A stretch of DNA of 64,000 nt from contig NW_021835961.1 of assembly GCF_006345805.1 (NCBI RefSeq), positions 1 through 64,000 of the forward strand. Reading direction: 5' to 3'. The notes beneath the pieces are model-generated. The model was not told where the DNA came from. It did not search any database and worked only from the letters and a program-made list of their open reading frames with translations. Positions 12,581 to 25,900 of this stretch are shown here, piece after piece. Positions within the stretch are counted from its first letter, which is position 1; each line of letters opens with the position of its first letter. The DNA is from Octopus sinensis (taxonomy: Eukaryota). The translations under genes and the position numbers were made by a program.

Positions 12581-12908
12581 TTAATAACGGTACTACTTAA
12601 GAAGAGTGGTCCCGGTGCGCACACTCGCACTCGCGCATCCGCGCTAGGTAGTCGTGACTAGTCGATCCTACAACGACTACCTAGCAAAGTAAATAAAACC
12701 CAAAATAAATAATTTTTTCACACAGAGTAAATAATGTTTTTTAAAACCAAGTAAATAAAACACAAAGTAAATAATTTTTTTTAAAACCAAGTAAATAAAA
12801 CACAAAAACACAAAGTCAGGATCAACTAGTCACGACTAGCTAGTGCGGATGCCCGAGTACGCGAGTGCGCGCACAGGGACCACTCTTTTTAAGTAGTACC
12901 GTTATTAA
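12581..12908. mobile_element. MITE with ~88-bp imperfect TIRs and TTAA at both outer ends
   Basis: TTAATAACGGTACTACTTAAGAAGAGTGGTCCC...GATCCT (12581-12669) versus AGGATC...GGGACCACTCTTTTTAAGTAGTACCGTTATTAA (12818-12908). Confidence 0.85.
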
Positions 12909-12996
12909 TGATGACTAAAGTAAGTTTTTGACACTTTTTCGAATTTTTTTAATGTCTGCTTTACGAAGCTCAACATAATTATTTTCAATATACATT

Positions 12997-13036
<40 letters not shown>

Positions 13037-13377
13037 TACATACATACATACATCATACATCATACATACATACATACATGTGTGCGTGCGCGTGTGCATA
13101 ACCCCCCCCCCCCACATGTATGCTCCTCTTCCCACGAGTTTGTTGCCTCATAACTTCTGAAAAATTAATATTTTTCAATGAAATTCTCAACAAATACGCT
13201 TCAGATGGTGTAGATTCCAATTATATTGGAATTTGTGTTAAACAAAACAAATTTCCGAAATTGTGGTGATGAGTTTAGGAATATTCAGACTTTACATCTT
13301 ATTTTCTTAAGCTTAAAATGCTATGAGATTCTACAAAACTTTTAGAAACTATACATGGCAATATTAGTCGGCGGGAA

Positions 13378-13590
13378 GGCAGCGAGCTGGCAGAATCGTT
13401 AGTACGTCGGACAAAATGCGTAGCAGCATATTGTCCATCCTTACGTTTTGAGTTCAAATTCCGCCGAGGGTTGACTTTGTCTTTCATCCTTGTGAGGTCG
13501 ATAAACTAAGTACCAGTTGAGAGCTGGAGTTGATGTAATCGAATTACCCACTACCCCGAAATTGGTGGCCTTTTGCCAAAATTTGAAACC
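13378..13590 (+). mobile_element. SINE family A, CpG-retaining copy
   Basis: GGCAGCGAGCTGGCAGAATCGTTAG...GAGTTCAAATTCCGCCGAGG. Further dispersed copies at about 11700-11890(-), 14930-15105(+), 16540-16700(-), 23170-23590(-, nested), 25780-26320(-, two), 26985-27170(+), 30445-30660(+), 39520-39930(-, two), 44718-44913(+), 48428-48885(+), 51195-51408(-) and 60362-60575(+). Confidence 0.85.
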
Positions 13591-14594
13591 AATCTTAATT
13601 GGCGGAGTTTCAGGGAAAGTTGAATTTTTTCTGTTTTGAAGGGGGACTCTCTTCTACTCTTCTATTTGTTTCAGTCATTTGACTGTGGCCATGCTGGAGC
13701 ACCACCTTTAGTCGAACAAATCGACCCCAGGACTTATTGTTTGTAAGCCTAGTACTTATTCTATCGGTCTCTTTTGCCGAACCGCTAAGTTACGGGACGT
13801 TTGCAATTTTTTTTTTTTTTTACCAATCATTATGCTATGAGTAATTTTACATTAGTGTAAATACTTAACCGGATAGTATTATTCATTTTTCCATAATCCT
13901 CGGCGATATGGAATGAAAAATGGTTGGGAAACCCTGACCGACATACACACACACATTCACACACACACACGCACACACATACGCACGTACACACACACGT
14001 ATGCATGCATGCACACACTCGCACACACCACATATCCACCTCTCCATCTGGTGCAAAATATGGCTGAACTAGAAAAAAATTTTTTTTGAAAATCTATGAT
14101 TGCTTTCAACCTCAATCCTCCATCCTATTGTATCGGTTTATAATTTTAAAATATTGGAGCGCTTGAGAAGGTCTTTGTCACAGTGATTTACAAAAAAGGT
14201 ATGTAAAAGTTAATTTATTTTAATAGCGTACTTTTCAGTTAGTAAAAGTTTTTTCTCACACAAGGCCTCGTTTAGTTCAAAGGAGGAGGGAATTAAAAGT
14301 TTAAATTACCAATTGTGTGTGTGTGCTTATATCCAACTAATGGACGATACGTGTGTCACTTCTACATCACCATTCCATAAAATGTGTTTACCGGGAGAAA
14401 AAATGTTGAGAAACATCAATTCATAAGAGAGTGACAGAGAAACAAGGAAGGTGATCGTGGGATGTGCTAGAAGCAACAACCACATCTTCCTGAAATCACA
14501 CACCTTTTCGTCCGAAAATATTTGCAATTTTTTTTTTTTTTACCGAAAAAAATTCTATCGTTTTTAAGAACAGATTGCCAAAAAAAAAACTTGT

Positions 14595-14914
14595 GGCGAT
14601 CTTTCGTCTCTAGTAGACCTTTCCGTCGATTTCCGTAAAAAATTTTTATTTTACATATGGGCTTGCGAAAACTTTTGAAGTAATGAGAGCGAAAGAGACT
14701 AAGAGAAAGCGATTGTCTGTCTCCCACACCCCATCAAACACACACACACATGTACATCAATGCTTTCCATGCACGGTAACTTCAAAAGAACTTCCCTCGT
14801 CATACAATCGCTTTCTCTTTCATTACTTCAAAGGTTCCCTCAAGCCCATATGTAAAAAAAAAAAAGTTTTTTACGGAAATTGACGGAAAGGTCTACTAGA
14901 GACGAAAGATCGCC
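14595..14914. mobile_element. Long-TIR MITE with exact 8-bp TSD, Merlin/IS1016-like termini
   Basis: TIR GGCGATCTTTCGTCTCTAGTAGACCTTTCCGTC... of roughly 120 bp (imperfect). AAACTTGT is duplicated at 14587-14594 and 14915-14922. Confidence 0.8.
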
Positions 14915-15972
14915 AAACTTGTAGTCACTACAGCGGCATTTCGTCCGTCTGCACGATCTGAATTCAAATTCCGTCGAGGTCGACTTTGCTTTTCATCTTT
15001 TCGGGGTCGATAAATTAAGTACTAGTGAAACACTGGGGTCGATCTAATCGACAGGTCCTCTCCCTCAAAATTTCAGGCCTTGTGTTTTTACTAGAAAGGA
15101 TTATTATTGTTTGGTTCTTCATAATATTTTAAATTTACTTTCCAGTCTGTCTCTATAGCTTTCTCTACTCCGCCTTGTCATTTTTTCTCACAATGTCATT
15201 GCTGTTGTTTTAGCCCCATGTCAGCCTGGATCGAGCCAACTAATAATCAAAAATATTGTAACTAATGTCCATCCTGCCGCCCCCACAGCGCAAAGAATAT
15301 TTTCCGCACTCTGATATTCCATGTATCTTCAAAGATGGCAGGTGTGATTTAAGGGAGATTGGGATGACTGTTATTTCAAGCAGTTTGGGCTACCATACAG
15401 AGGCGCCTTCAATTCAGCTCAGCGTTAGTCATTTTGCATATCTAGGACTTCATTGTCCAATGTTTCCTTTCAATTTTTTTTCCAAACAAAATTTTGTATC
15501 GCATAGTATCTCACAAATGACTAAATTTATATTTCAAACCCATTCGATGTATGTCTTGCCAATTTCATGGATTATTTCGTATCTCTTACCCAAGAATTGA
15601 AATGATTATACAGTGCTGCAAGAGACGGCCTGTGTCTTGTGGAGATACATATATGCTAGGAATATCGAAAATTCACAATGCGAATTAACCACTGTTCTAC
15701 CGTAGTCAGATCCCAGTCTGTTTGTATACGTTTACTGCTTTCTGTTTGGGTGATATAAACTAGGCAGTGGTGAAGTGGAATCCCCAATCAGGTGTCCATC
15801 GCTAGCAGTTGCTCTAGTCATTCGTTTCTACAAGCTCCTTTAATGTGGGAATTTTCTTTTACTGATCTGTAGCTTATTTCCAATAATCACCGAAGATTCA
15901 CATCATGCTCAACTTGTAGAAGAGAAGGAGGAAACAAAGAGTAATCCAAATTCGGCGTCCGGAGGAAAATGT

Positions 15973-16350
15973 CATCCCTACTCCAAGACTTTCAAACTCC
16001 ACCTGTCTAACACCCGTGGACATGTTTACAAAGTCAGAAAACAGCACAGCTCCCATGACTTTTGGAAACATCTTTTCACGCTAAGAGTTGCTGAAGCATG
16101 GAACAGACTGCCGGCATCTGTTGTTAGTTGTCGGAGCACTGCATCCTTCAAAACTTCCATGCTTCCTGAGATTCGCCAACACTACACCTGATTTTCTCCC
16201 CTCCATACACACGCAAGCTTGTATCTGACTCATACATTGTTCGCTTTCCAGACATTTGTACGTTACTGCATATACTTTATACGCACTTTTGACAGGTTGT
16301 GGTGCACCTGAGCACTGTATACAATAATTTCATTATTATTATTATTATAA
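15973..16350 (+). mobile_element. 5'-truncated CR1/L2-clade LINE (ORF2 C-terminus, 3' UTR, (ATT)n tail)
   Basis: 15991-16191 reads FKLHLSNTRGHVYKVRKQHSSHDFWKHLFTLRVAEAWNRLPASVVSCRSTASFKTSMLPEIRQHYT*. TRGH...F-x-x-RV-x-x-x-WN-x-LP is the CR1/L2 ORF2 C-terminal signature. Confidence 0.88.
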
Positions 16351-17495
16351 TAAAAGAATCAATTATAAAAAAAACAAAAAAACAATTAATTATTATTTTT
16401 ATTATAATGGAAGGAAGGTTTTTTTCATGATACATTTGGGGCATCTTCTTCCATTATAATTATTCTGTGATTCAAGGAGTTGGAAATACGAAGAATGAAG
16501 TTCTCAGGCGGAGTAAATTCAATAACCGTTTATTCACAGGGTAAATCGTTTATTTCGACTCCAGTGCTCAACTTTTATTGACTCCGAAAGGATGAAAGGC
16601 AAAGTCGAATTCGTGATATTTGAACTTAGAACATAAAGACGGACGAAATGCCGCAAAGCATTTTGCCCGGAGTGTTAACGATTCTGCTGCTTCGCCGCCC
16701 TCATTCCAGAGAAAATATTTATTACATGTATTCGGTAACTACCTCAAAATCAGCCACCACCGCTAACACTCCAACTTCTGCACTAGTACGGGAGAGGATT
16801 TTTTTCTGTTTAAACCCAGGTTACCACTAATCAAACAAACTTATAATCAAAAGTATTCCAGCCAAGATCATGTTATCTTTTTAAAAAGTCAGATTTCATT
16901 GTCTACGTTTTTTTTTTTTATCTTAGGACGGAAGTATCTGGTTTCAAGATTTTGCTGCTATTTTTGTAGCAATTATAGTAATTTGAAACAACCATAAAAA
17001 GGTTTCGTTCATTGCATTGGTTCTGTAATTGAAGTGGTTAATGCGTCTACTTTAAAAGGAATACCTCTGATTGAATATACTTATTATCAAAGCTATTCCA
17101 AATACCACAATCACTCTCGTATTTTTATTCGAGATTTTATCCTACTTCCATTTCTTTTAGGCACTGGGATGTAATTTGCTCAAGAGTTGCATGCATTTTC
17201 TGCAGGCCCCGTGAAGACGTAACGGTTGTTTCAACGTATAAGGTGGGACCTTATCAGTCAGGTCACGATGACCTTTACTATCCAAAATTCTCCCAGTCAG
17301 TAACGCCTGCTAGAGTTATCTCCCTTCCATTAGGTATATAACTTTGTCAATGATTCCGTGACAGTAAAGAGAGTTCGTAAGATTCGTTAGAACAGGGTAT
17401 CAGTAATTTTCAGTTAGAATAGGAAATGTTAATACCAGGGCAATAACGCGGTAAGCTTGGTCCAAACAAGCTGCAGTTTAAAGAAGGTTATAAAT

Positions 17496-17825
17496 AGGAG
17501 TGGCTGTGTGGTAAGTAGCTTGCTTACGAACCACATGGTCCCGGGTTCAGTCCCACTGCGTGGTACCTTGGGCGACTGTCTTCTATAGTCTCCGGCCGAC
17601 CAAAGTCTTGTGAGTGGATTTGGTAGACGGAAACTGAAAGGAGCCCGTCATATATATATAATTAGAAATATTGAATTTCTAAATGTCTCAGAGAGACATA
17701 AGCGGTGGTGGAGCGATATAGTTAGTGGTCGTATACTGTCAACTCAATGTGACAGTCCCTTAAGAGAATTACACCACCGCCATTTAGCCATAGGAAACTG
17801 TCACATTGAGTTGACAGTATACGAC

Positions 17826-17891
<66 letters not shown>

Positions 17892-18090
17892 ATGTTTGTG
17901 TGTCATTGTCTCCCCAACATCGCTTGACAACTAATGCTGGTGTGTTTATGTCCCCGTAACTTAGTGGCTCGGCAAAAGAGGCCGATAAAATAAGCACTAG
18001 TCTTCCAAAGAATAAGTCCCGGGGTCGATTTGGTCGACTAAAGGCGGTGCGCAGTCAAATGACTGAAACATGTAGAAGAGTAAAAAGTAA
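17496..18090 (+). mobile_element. SINE family B (tRNA-like head GGAGTGGCTGTGTGGTAAG, central microsatellite, GACTGAAACAAGTAAAAGA tail)
   Basis: A-box-like TGGCTGTGTGG and B-box-like GGTTCAGTCCC. Other copies at 18525-18845(-), 19672-20055(+), 21560-21965(+), 25105-25400(+), 28079-28455(+), 29112-29510(-), 50740-51050(-), 51571-51970(+), 56325-56670(-), 57611-57797(-, partial), 60583-60965(+) and 63725-63900(+). Confidence 0.85.
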
Positions 18091-20689
18091 AGATCTACAT
18101 TTATACACACACCCACGTATGTGTTTATACGTTTGTTAAGGTGCGTAGCTTTGTGGTTAGGGTATTCGGTTCATGATCGTAAGGTCGTGAGTTCGATTCC
18201 TGGCGGCGCATTGTGTCCTTCAGCAAGACCCTTTATTTTATGTTGCTCCTATACATTCAGCTGGCAAAAATGAGTAGTACCTGTATTTCAAAGGGCCAGC
18301 CTTGTCACGCTGAATCTCCATAAGGATTACATTAAGGGTACGTGTATCAGTGAAGTGCTGAGCAACATGCACGCTAATTTCACGACCAGGCTGTTCTAAT
18401 GATTGGTTCAGCTGAAATGCTCGTCGTCGTAACCGACGGAGTGCCAGTTTATGCATCTTTATACTCAAATACTTAAAAACACACGCATGCGCACTTGCAT
18501 GTTTACATTTACATATGTATTCTTTTACTTGTTTCAGTCATTTGACTGCGGCCATGCTGGAGCACCGCCTTTAGTCGAGCAAATCGGCTTATTCTTTGTG
18601 AGCCTAGTACTTATTCTATCAGTCTCTTTTGCCAAACCGCTAAGTTACGGGGACGTAAACACACCAACATCGGTTGTCAAATGATGGTGGGAGGGGGTCA
18701 AACAGAGACACAAACATATATAGATACACACACATACATATATACGACAAGCTTCTTCCAGTTTCCATCTACCAAATCCATTCACAAGGCTTTGGTTGGC
18801 CCGAGGCGAAAGTAGACGACACTTACCCAAGGTGCCATGCAATGGGACTACTACCAACCCTCACCTGTTTGCAAGTAAGGTAATATTTTCCACTCCTGCG
18901 CCTATATCTATTATCTATTATTTCTATGTATGTAGCATAAATATACATCTGTATGGATATAGTTATATATATATATATATCATGTGATCACGTGACCGAC
19001 CAGGCTATCAGATGTTACTACACATCGCTGGTCACAATGCGTTTGCATTGTTTTAGCCTTCGAATGACGCCACCCTGCTGGCTAAGCGAGCAGGCCAACA
19101 GAAGAAAGAGTGAGAGCAAGAGTGGTGAAAGAGTACTGCAGGGATCACCACCCCCTGGAGCTTTTAAGTGTTTTCACTCAATAAACACACGCAACGCCCA
19201 GTCTGGGAATTGAAACCGCGATCCTACGACCGCGAGTCCACTGTCCTAACCACTGGGCCATTGCACCTCCACACACACACACATATATATATATATGCCT
19301 GATGAAGCCTTCCAGCTTCACAGACCCCAGTTGAACCGTCCAACCCATGCTAGCATGGAAAACGGACGCTAAATGATGATGATACATACCTACACAAACT
19401 CTCTAGTTCTCTCCCTCTCTCTCTCTCATACACACGTGTGCGCGTGCGCACTTACGTACGCGTGTATGATTAAATACGTAATCATACTTGCTGTTAGGAA
19501 GAGCAATAGGCTATTGAAACCAAGCTAAATGACACATACAAGTATCAGTTTATGGAAGCAGCAGTTCTCAGTAGGAGATGACTCAGACTGTGATGACCTG
19601 CCCAACCCATGCCAGCTGGAAAGTGGATATACGATTGATGATGATGACATATATGTTTATTATATAGAGATGCAGGCATGGCTTTGTGGTAAGAAGTTTG
19701 CTTCCCAACTACGTGGTTCTTGGTTCAGTCCCACTGCATGGCACCTCGGGCAAGTGTCTTCTACTACAGCCTTGGGCCAACCAAAGCCTTGTGAGTGGAT
19801 TTGGTAGATGGAAACTGAAAAGAGCCTATATGTGTGTGTGTGTGTCTTTGTGGCTGTGTTTGTCCCTCCCCCCTCCCCACCACCACATGATAACCAGTGC
19901 TGGTGTGTTTACGTCCCTGTAACTTAGCAATTTGACAAAAGAGACCGACAGAATAAATACCAGATTTCAAAAAATAAGTACTGGGATTGATACATATGAC
20001 TAAACTTCTTCAAGGTGGTGCCCCAGAATGGCCACAATTCATTGACTGAAACAAATGATTATATATATATATATATATGTACAGTATTATATATCCATCA
20101 CAGCCGGTCTTACCAATTGGTTTTGCACTAGGGATACAATGGAGTGTTAGGCAACAATTTGATTATATAACCCTATATTCATCAGAGGTAGCCGATGTAT
20201 ACAAGTTAATAAAATGAATGGTTTATACCTGGCATCTTCCATCTTCTGTCTCTCATTATACACACACACACACACATATCAAATCAGGATCATCATTTTA
20301 ATGTCTACTTTTCCATGCTTGCATGGATCAGACAGAATTTGTGCAGGGAGATTTTCTATGGCCCAATACCTTTCTAGACTCACAAGGCTTTGGTCAGCCC
20401 GAGGCTATAGTAGAAGACATGTGCCCAAGGTGCCATGCAGTGGGACTGAACCCGGAACCATGTGGTTGGTAAGCAAGCTACTTACCACACAGCCACTCTT
20501 ACCAAGAAAAAAATATATTGGTCTTTGGTACAAGACGCACTCTTGTTTATATCACTAACAAGGAGATAAGTTGCTGTTATTTCGAGCAGACAAATGCCAT
20601 CATTGACAAGACCAAGGAAGGTTGAAATCACATTATCCAATGGCCTGGTGCTGCAGGTGATGAGGATTTATCTCCCCTCCAGCAATATA

Positions 20690-21236
20690 TGAGTTCTGAT
20701 CAATAAGTATCCGGACTGTTGCTATAATAACGAAGCTAAGGCACATAGAGTAAAGCTGTTTGACACAGATTGACCTTGACCTCTATTGTACATGCACACT
20801 ATGTTTTAATGTTCATTGGCCATGACTGAGAAAGTTATCATGGCAATACTTGCTCAGAGGCCTATGCAAAGTTGCAGGAAGTGTATGGAGCGGAGTTTAT
20901 GAGTCACACACAAGTGTACAAGTGTTCCAGATGTTTTCAAGATGGCTGGAAAAATGTTGATTTTGACAAACATTCTGGGAGACCTGCAACTAGAGGAACT
21001 GAAAAAACCATTGCAGCTGTGAGGGGAAATCATTGAATCGCCATCCATGATTTATCAGAGGATGTGCAAATTAGTTACAGTTCAGTTCAGTCCATTATCC
21101 CTGAATATGTGGGTGTGAGACACGTCTCTGCCAAGCTTGTGCCAAAACTGCTTTCAAATGACCAAAAGGACACTCGGATTCCAGCTGCACAAGATCTTGA
21201 TAGTGTCGAGAACAATGAAAACGTTTTGAAAACATT
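20690..21236 (+). mobile_element. Degenerate mariner (Tc1/mariner) element, 5' TIR plus transposase N-terminus
   Basis: TA|TGAGTTCTGATCAATAAGTATCCGGACT is a mariner-like TIR. The frame reads AYAKLQEVYGAEFMSHTQVYKCSRCFQDGWKNVDFDKHSGRP...I*...VGVRHVSAKLVPKLLSNDQKDTR, containing the SGRP linker and a degenerate WVPxxL motif. Internal stop; truncated before the catalytic domain. Confidence 0.88.
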
Positions 21237-22719
21237 GCGTAGGCCCCTGAGCAGGTATCCTCAAGATTTTGTCAAAATTTGATGCAGATTCTGTGCTCAG
21301 CTTTCTCCATCATGGTACTTTCATATATAATAGTGTGTGGCAAATTGATTTATTTTGCACATTCTTACAGAAACTCAAGTCTGAGGCTAACTACAAAAAT
21401 ATTTTTTATTTTCATTCTCTTTGAAATTGGTCTTATTCGTGGTTTGGGCTTTAACTGCCCTTTCTAGCAAGTAAGGTGTCTTGTCAAAGGGCACCTCTTT
21501 CGTGTATAAATATGTAAATATGTTTATACACTATTGTATATGAAAATATGTTGTCTAAGTGCAAGAGTGGCTGTGTGGTAAGTAGCTTGTTTACCAACCA
21601 CATGGTTCCGGGTTCAGTCCCACTGCATGGCACCTTGGGCAAGTGTCTTCTACTATAGCCTCGGGCCGACCAAAGCCTTGTGAGTGGATTTGTTAGACGG
21701 AAACTGAAAGAAGCCCGTCGTATATATGTATATATATGTATATGTATGTGTGTGTATGTGTTTGTGTATCTGTGTTTGTCCCCTCCAACATCGCTTGACA
21801 ACTGATGCTGGTGTGTTTACGTCCCCATAACTTAGCGGTTCTGCAAAAGAGACTGATATAATAAGTACTGGGCTTCCAAGGAATAAGTCCTGGGGTTGAT
21901 GTGGTCGACTAAAGGTGGTGCTCCAGCATGGCTGCAGTCAAATGACTGAAACAAATAAAAGAGTAAAGAGTAAGATTATTGACTTTATTACCCTTATTAT
22001 TTTCACAGTAAACTTTTTGTAGTTTCAAAGCCTTTCTGGTATGCAGTTTTAAATTTTTTTATTATTATTTGCTGCCAAATGTATCTGCACTTGTGATGTG
22101 GATTTGAAAATTATAATGTATAAGTATGTAGCATGTGTGTTTTTGGTGCTATTTGCTGCATAAATATGCATTAACCCTTTTGTTACCAACCCGGCTGAAA
22201 CCACCTCTGGCTCTGTTTTTAGGATATTTATTATATCCCTGCCAGAGCAGCCAACTGGCTTCCGTGCCAGTGGCACGTAAAAGGGCACCATTCGAGCGTG
22301 ATCGTTACCAAAGTTGCCTTACTGGCACCTGTGCTGGTGGCATGTGTAATAGGATTCGAGCGAGGTCGTTGCCAGTACCGCCTGACTGGCCCCCGTGCCG
22401 GTGGCACGTAAAAAGCACTCACTACACTCTCGGAGTGGTTGGTGTTAGGAAGGGCATCCAGCTGTACAAACTCTGCCAAATCAAGATTGGAGACTGGTGC
22501 AACCATCTGGTTTGCCTGCCCTCAGTCAAAATCGTCCAACCCATGCTAGCATGGAAAGCGGACGTTAAACGATGATGATGATGATCAGAGACGGTGTGAG
22601 AAGATGATTAAGCAATAGTTAATTTAGATAAGATATGAAATAGAGAGTGACACTTTTGGGTCTCACTGACACCATTACCTCTCATAACCTATATGTGTGT
22701 GTGTGTGTGTGTGTGACCA

Positions 22720-22911
22720 CGTGTGTATCATTGACGATTTTTATCCTGTGTCTTCCCTTCCTTGGACTTTTTCTTTTTTTTCTATATTTCTGACGAAGAG
22801 CTCCGCTCGAAACGTGAAATCCTCCTTTCTTTCCTGAGCGTCCAATAACACTATACTTATTCCACATCCTCACGTTGTTGTGTTTTCTCTTTGTTCGTGT
22901 TTGGATTAACT
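22720..22911 (+). mobile_element. Solo Penelope-like terminal repeat carrying a minimal hammerhead motif
   Basis: CTGACGA-A-GAGC-TCC-GCTC-GAAA-CGT at 22790-22815, followed by TTTCTTTCCTGAGCGT; same architecture as 35580-35770 on the minus strand. Confidence 0.6.
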
Positions 22912-25900
22912 ATGTATACATTATAAGCTTTCTTACAGGATCTGTGTGCCAAATTTCACTGGTCAACTTGAAACTATGGTAGAAAGTATTATTTCCCTTA
23001 ATTACTATGAAGTGAGATTGAACTGCCAGCCACATGGGTACAATGCAAACTTCGTTAATCACACACCCATTAATGAGGTGTGAATGTGAATGAAATGCTA
23101 ACAATTTTGCATATTCACTATTGTATATAGTATTAAATATTGGTTTCAAATTTTTGCACAAGACCAGCAATTTCAGGGAGAGAGGTAAGTTGATTACATC
23201 AACCCTATTGCTCAACTGGTACCTATCTTATCGACTGAGAAAGGATGAAAGGCAAAGCAAACATCTGCAGGATTTGAACCCAGAGCATTAAGCCAGATGA
23301 AATATCGATTTTTTTATTACCCACATGGGGCTAAACATAGAGGGGACAAACAAGGACAGACATAGGTATTAAGTCGATTACATCGACCCCAGTGCGTAAC
23401 TGGTACTTAATTTATCGACCCCAAAAGGATGAAAGGTAAAGTCGACCTCGGCGGAATTTGAACCCACAACGTAACGACAGACAAAATACGACTACGCATT
23501 TCGCCCGATGTGCTAACGTTTCTGCCAGCTCGCAGATGAAATACCGTTAGCCATTTTGACCAGCATGCTAACAGTTCTGCCGGCTTGATACCTTAATATA
23601 TAGTATTAAACATTAAAATGCTTTTCTTTAATGTACAATATTACGGCTACTGACAGTTTTGAGGTCAAGATCTATAAGCTGGCCATTCAATATCTTATCG
23701 ACTCTGTCATTTCTTTTTGTGTATTTATTTTATCTGACATATTTTGAATAACTGTGTCATTTGTTATAGATTCCCAATGGGTTAGGCTCTAGTTCACTGC
23801 ATTTGTGTTACTGCATGTGACAAGGGTGTATCTGTGTAACTCTGGAGAAACAAATATCACAAAGTATTTTCGATGGACAGCACTAGTTTACTTCCCTTGC
23901 AGTTGTTTACATCTTTTGCTGAGACAAACCATTATCATTTAGAAACCAGTTTTTCCTGCTTGCATAAAAATCAGTTGGAATTTGTTGAGGTTGGATGCTC
24001 TTCCTGTTGCCCACCCTCACCTATTTCCCAGCAAGATAATGTTTTTCCATAACTAGCCATGTTTTTCATGAAAGACTGGAAATAAATAAGCTCACTCGAA
24101 TACTGATGATGCTTATTTACAAGCATCATGGACTGTCTAGGCAAAAGAACACATGTACACACACACACACACACACATACACACACATACACACACACAC
24201 ACACATTTTGAATTAGAAGCAACTGTAATAATTTAAGCATTAATAATGACACATAGTTAATGCATGCAGTTAGTTTGTAAAATTATTGGCTTAATGATTC
24301 ATCCAGATAAAAAGATAAAGACCCCCTTTGATCATGAATAACTATGGGATTGCACCTAGAAAATCCCCCTCAGAGGCACAAGTCCAGGCAAGGTTGTTTA
24401 TGGAAGACCAGCAGTCACCCATGCATACCAGCCTCCTCTCTCCATGCCACTGATGTTGTCCAAAGGAAAGGCAAACGCTGTTACTGCTTGGCATCAGTGA
24501 CGTTGCAACTCATTTCTACAGCTGAGTGAATTGGAGCGACTTGAAATAAAGTGTCTTCCTCAAGAACACAACACACAGCCCAGTCTGGGAATAGAACTCA
24601 CTAACCACTGAGCCATGCCTGACACTCTGATCACTGAGCCATGCGATTTCACCCAGATAGATGTCCCTTTTAAACATTTAGTGTTTATGTGCTTATTGGC
24701 TGGATGATTTGTTTCATCTGGGTTGCAGTTTCCAATGTTTTTTAAAATTCGGCATCTCAAAGGGATGTTTCCTTGGGCACAATCATGCAGCAAACAAAAC
24801 ACAAACGTTATGTATGTGACGTTATTGTTTCTCCTTCACCTAACTCAGAACCACCTGCTGTTCATTTGGATCTGGAGTCTGTAGACAACAGTGCAATAGA
24901 TGCAGTGAGTGTACCCATGTGTGACCGTAATGAATCATTGTTTATTCAGTCAGCCACTGATGAATGAATGCATAACTGGCGAACAAATCTGTGTTTACTT
25001 CAGTGAGTTCGTATTTGTCATTATAAATTGATTATATATGATAGCGCTGATCTGACCTTGGTTCTTTCACTATTTAAATATCCGATTCTCTCGAATCCTG
25101 GAAATTTTTGTGGTAAGAAGCTTGCTTCCCAACCTCATGGTTGTGGGTTCAGTCTCAGTGTGTGACACCTTGAGCAAGTGTCTTCTACTATAGCCGTAGG
25201 CTGACCAGAGCCTTGTGAGTGGATTTGGTAGATGGAAACAGAAAGAAGCCTGTATAGTATAGATATTATATAAATATATATATATATATATACATATGTA
25301 TATCTATGTGCATGTGTCTTTTGTCTGTGTTTTTCCCCCCACCATCTTGACAACCAGTATTGGTGTGTTTACATCCCCACAACTAAATGGTTTAACAAAA
25401 GAGACAACAACTGAGCTGAGACCCCCCCCCCTCTTCGGTCATAGCTGACCATGGGATTGCACCTAGAAAGTTACTCTCCAAGGCACAAGTCCGGACAAGG
25501 TTGTTTATGGAAGACCAGCAGTCACCCATGCATACCGGTCTCCCCCTCTCCACGCCACCAGCGTTATCCAAGGGAAAGGCAACGGCCGATACAGCTTGGC
25601 ACCTGTGACGTCGCAACTCATTTCTACAGCTGAGTGAACTGGAGCAATGTGAAATAAAGTGTCTTGCTCAAGAGCACAACACGCAGCCCAGTCTGGGATT
25701 TGAACTCACAACCTCACGATCGTAAGCTCAACGCTCTAACCAGTGAGCCATGTGAACTATGACGATAATAATCCTTTCTCCTATAAGCATAAGGCCTGAA
25801 ATTTGTGGGTGGGTGTAAGTGGATTATATTAATCCCAGTACTTGACTAGTTCTTATTTAATCAAACCTGAAAGGATGAAAGGTAAAGTCAACCTTGATGG

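Noticed and set aside
24773-24967. 64-aa non-repetitive ORF (MGTIMQQTKHKRYVCD...)
   Set aside because: No recognisable motif or consistent splice partners; cannot be distinguished from a chance ORF or an old transposon fragment.
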